Below are positions 61,834 through 64,000 of a stretch of DNA of 64,000 nucleotides, one piece after another. This stretch comes from Marsupella aquatica (lineage: Eukaryota; Plantae; Marchantiophyta), in contig OZ316893.1 of assembly GCA_973895155.1 (NCBI GenBank), positions 27,414,210 to 27,478,209 of the forward strand. The letters run 5' to 3'. A program made the position numbers and the translations under genes. Below the pieces are notes generated by a model. It worked only from the letters and a program-made list of their open reading frames with translations. It was not told where the DNA came from and did not search any database. Position 1 is the stretch's first letter, and each line of letters opens with the position of its first letter.

Positions 61834-64000
61834 ATGGTACTCTTGACTTACTGAGGCTACGAGAGCTGTAAGTGGAGAGAACGAAGCACTGAGAAACGAC
61901 AGCAGCTCCAACTTAGAAGTGAAAATTGAGGAGAGTCTCTTGGTTTTGTACAGATCTTGCAGTGGAAGTATACCCCTTGCTATCTGCTTGCAGCACAGTG
62001 AAGGTCGAAGCTTCATTCACCCAGTAACTTGTACTCAGACTCAGATCTGGAAGACTGTATATTGATGACTGAGAAGCAATAAAAGCTTGTCACGCTGTGG
62101 ATAGTGATTTTCCCAAATCTGCTTGCATTGCTAATCTTCTGAGTCAGAGGTCTGTGACGACTCCTCACTGTGATGACGGGATGAAACAATGTCGCACGAC
62201 ATCGCTCTGCCAATGACACCTTTCGCTACCCAGAAAATTAAAATATTAATTAACTTGTTAACTTAAATAAACTATAATCCTGCATAATGACACGTTTGCC
62301 TCATCAATAAACTAAAGACTTTTCCAAACTCCAATCCAACTTACATAATCTTGCACATTGGTGACACATTTAAGGACTAGTGAAATAGAGAATCGAAAAC
62401 TTCAATCAGATTGATATAAAAACCAACTGGCTGTGTTCTAAAATCATGACATTGTAAGGAGGCGAAAATATCGTGACAGTGTAACGTTGTGTTCTTTCTA
62501 GTGACAATGTCAAATGTTCGTGTGCATCCCAACTTCCAATTTGGCAAAGATCTTTACCAAAACACAAGAAAGTCAGGAGAGTAAAAAACTGATTTTGTCC
62601 TACTTATAACAAAAGTGAAATTTTTGGGTAAAATTTAGAATGCAGTCGCCCATAGGCATGGCTCCTTGCTAATTTACTTGAGTTGAGATTTATAGATCTA
62701 GAGCTGTTCAATCTATCGTTGACTGTTTCCTTTCTCTTTCTTTAGTGTTTCACACATTTTCCCTTAAAAAATTAAAAATTGTTACCTTTTTGTGGGATTT
62801 TACACCTTTCCCCATAAAATTAAAAAAAATAGAATGCAGATACAATGAATCTGTAAGAAAATGAAAGATTTTGACTAGATACAATGAATCTATACTAGTA
62901 TACAAAATTTTGTAAATAAATCTCAGGCTACACATTTCAATTGTATTTCAATTGTATTTCAATTGTATTTACTTACAAAGACATAATCAAATAGTTATTT
63001 GATCAATTCGTATGTGGTTATCCCATAAGATAGTGATTAAGACACCTCAGTTGGAGCTCTGGATCTTGAGGTCAAACCTCTATGTGAGAGACCACTTACA
63101 CGATTGGGTGGGTAAATGCATATTTCCCGACCCTTATATGCATTGAAAGATACAAGGCTAGGGAGAAACTATAAAAACACCAAAATGAATGTATATAATA
63201 AACCGAAAGCATTCAAATGAACTCGATCAAAAAATAAACTCCAAAGGATTACCCTGAAAGGGCACATTTGAATTTTACTATTTAAGAGTTAAATGTCCAA
63301 AAGGGAAAACCTCAATTAGGCGCATTTCAAGTTTAATAAGTGTCAAAGAATAGCTATCAATTGGGCAGGTCAAATGATCATAATATTTGAACAGCTATAT
63401 AGTTAGGGATGTACTATGGCAGCATAGAGAATTTTTCACTTTACAGACATACAACCCTTGTTTCCCTGGTTTGGGCTTGATGAGCATATTGGGGGTCTCG
63501 ATCCCGTCAAACCGTCATCCTGTCACCCAGTCCCCACACACCCTGCTGCAACCCCACCCCCACCCGACCCCGCCCCTACCCCGACCCCGCCCGGCTGCAA
63601 CCCCGAACTGGGGGACTGGCTCGCTAGACCGGGGGAGTCCCGGGGGAGTCAAGGGGAAACTCGGGAATGGCCAGGTAATCAGTGGGAATATGCATCAAAT
63701 TGCCTGTTTTGGGCCCATCATTTGACAGTTTTAAGTGCCCGGCAAGGCGTCAAGTTGCCTGTCAGGTTAAGAACAACATTAACTTTGGCAGATCTATTTT
63801 TCTTTGATTCATCAGATGTCAGTCATCAGGCACCTCAGGATAGTAATGCCAAACACAAGGACCTGAATATGTTCCAAACCTGCTATGTCCTACAAACATT
63901 GAATTTGGCCCAAAATATTACATGAAAGAGAGTATTGAAGTGAAATGTTGGGAACATTGGTTGGCAGACAAATTAGATCATGAAATTTCTATCATCATAT

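Noticed and set aside
63030-63090. tRNA or SINE-like A/B-box remnants (also at about 18900 and 19830)
   Set aside because: Too degenerate to fold as a cloverleaf or to define boundaries.

Overview
Repeat-rich land-plant genomic DNA, probably from a bryophyte or other early-diverging lineage (inferred from gene content). Intact host genes are an intronless FkbM-type methyltransferase (24872-25870 +), VPS28 (32291-32932 -) and a two-exon ASR/ABA-WDS protein (60496-61833 +). Pseudogenes are a CYP71-like cyclophilin fragment and an LRR receptor kinase. Mobile DNA includes a decayed Ty1/copia element (3993-9649 -), a solo LTR of the same family, and five copies of a ~300-bp MITE, four with clear 8-bp target-site duplications (TSDs). 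The main finding is a 12,352-bp DNA transposon (35501-47852) with imperfect 25-bp terminal inverted repeats (TIRs) and a 4-bp TSD (GTCT), inserted in the solo LTR. It encodes a Sola-like DDD transposase on the - strand. On the + strand it encodes a spliced gene fusing an unknown N-terminal domain, a ParB-like domain and a beta-class N6-adenine/N4-cytosine DNA methyltransferase, plus F-box-like and orphan ORFs. Its mostly non-coding DNA carries at least 16 copies of a 14-bp palindrome, CGATA-N4-TATCG, mostly CGATAAATTTATCG. A diverged sister element at 1-3992 carries a homologous gene and its own variant of the palindrome, CGATACAAGTATCG. This suggests a parS/ParB-like self-recognition and self-methylation system carried by a eukaryotic transposon family. 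That function is a hypothesis, and both copies here are pseudogenised.
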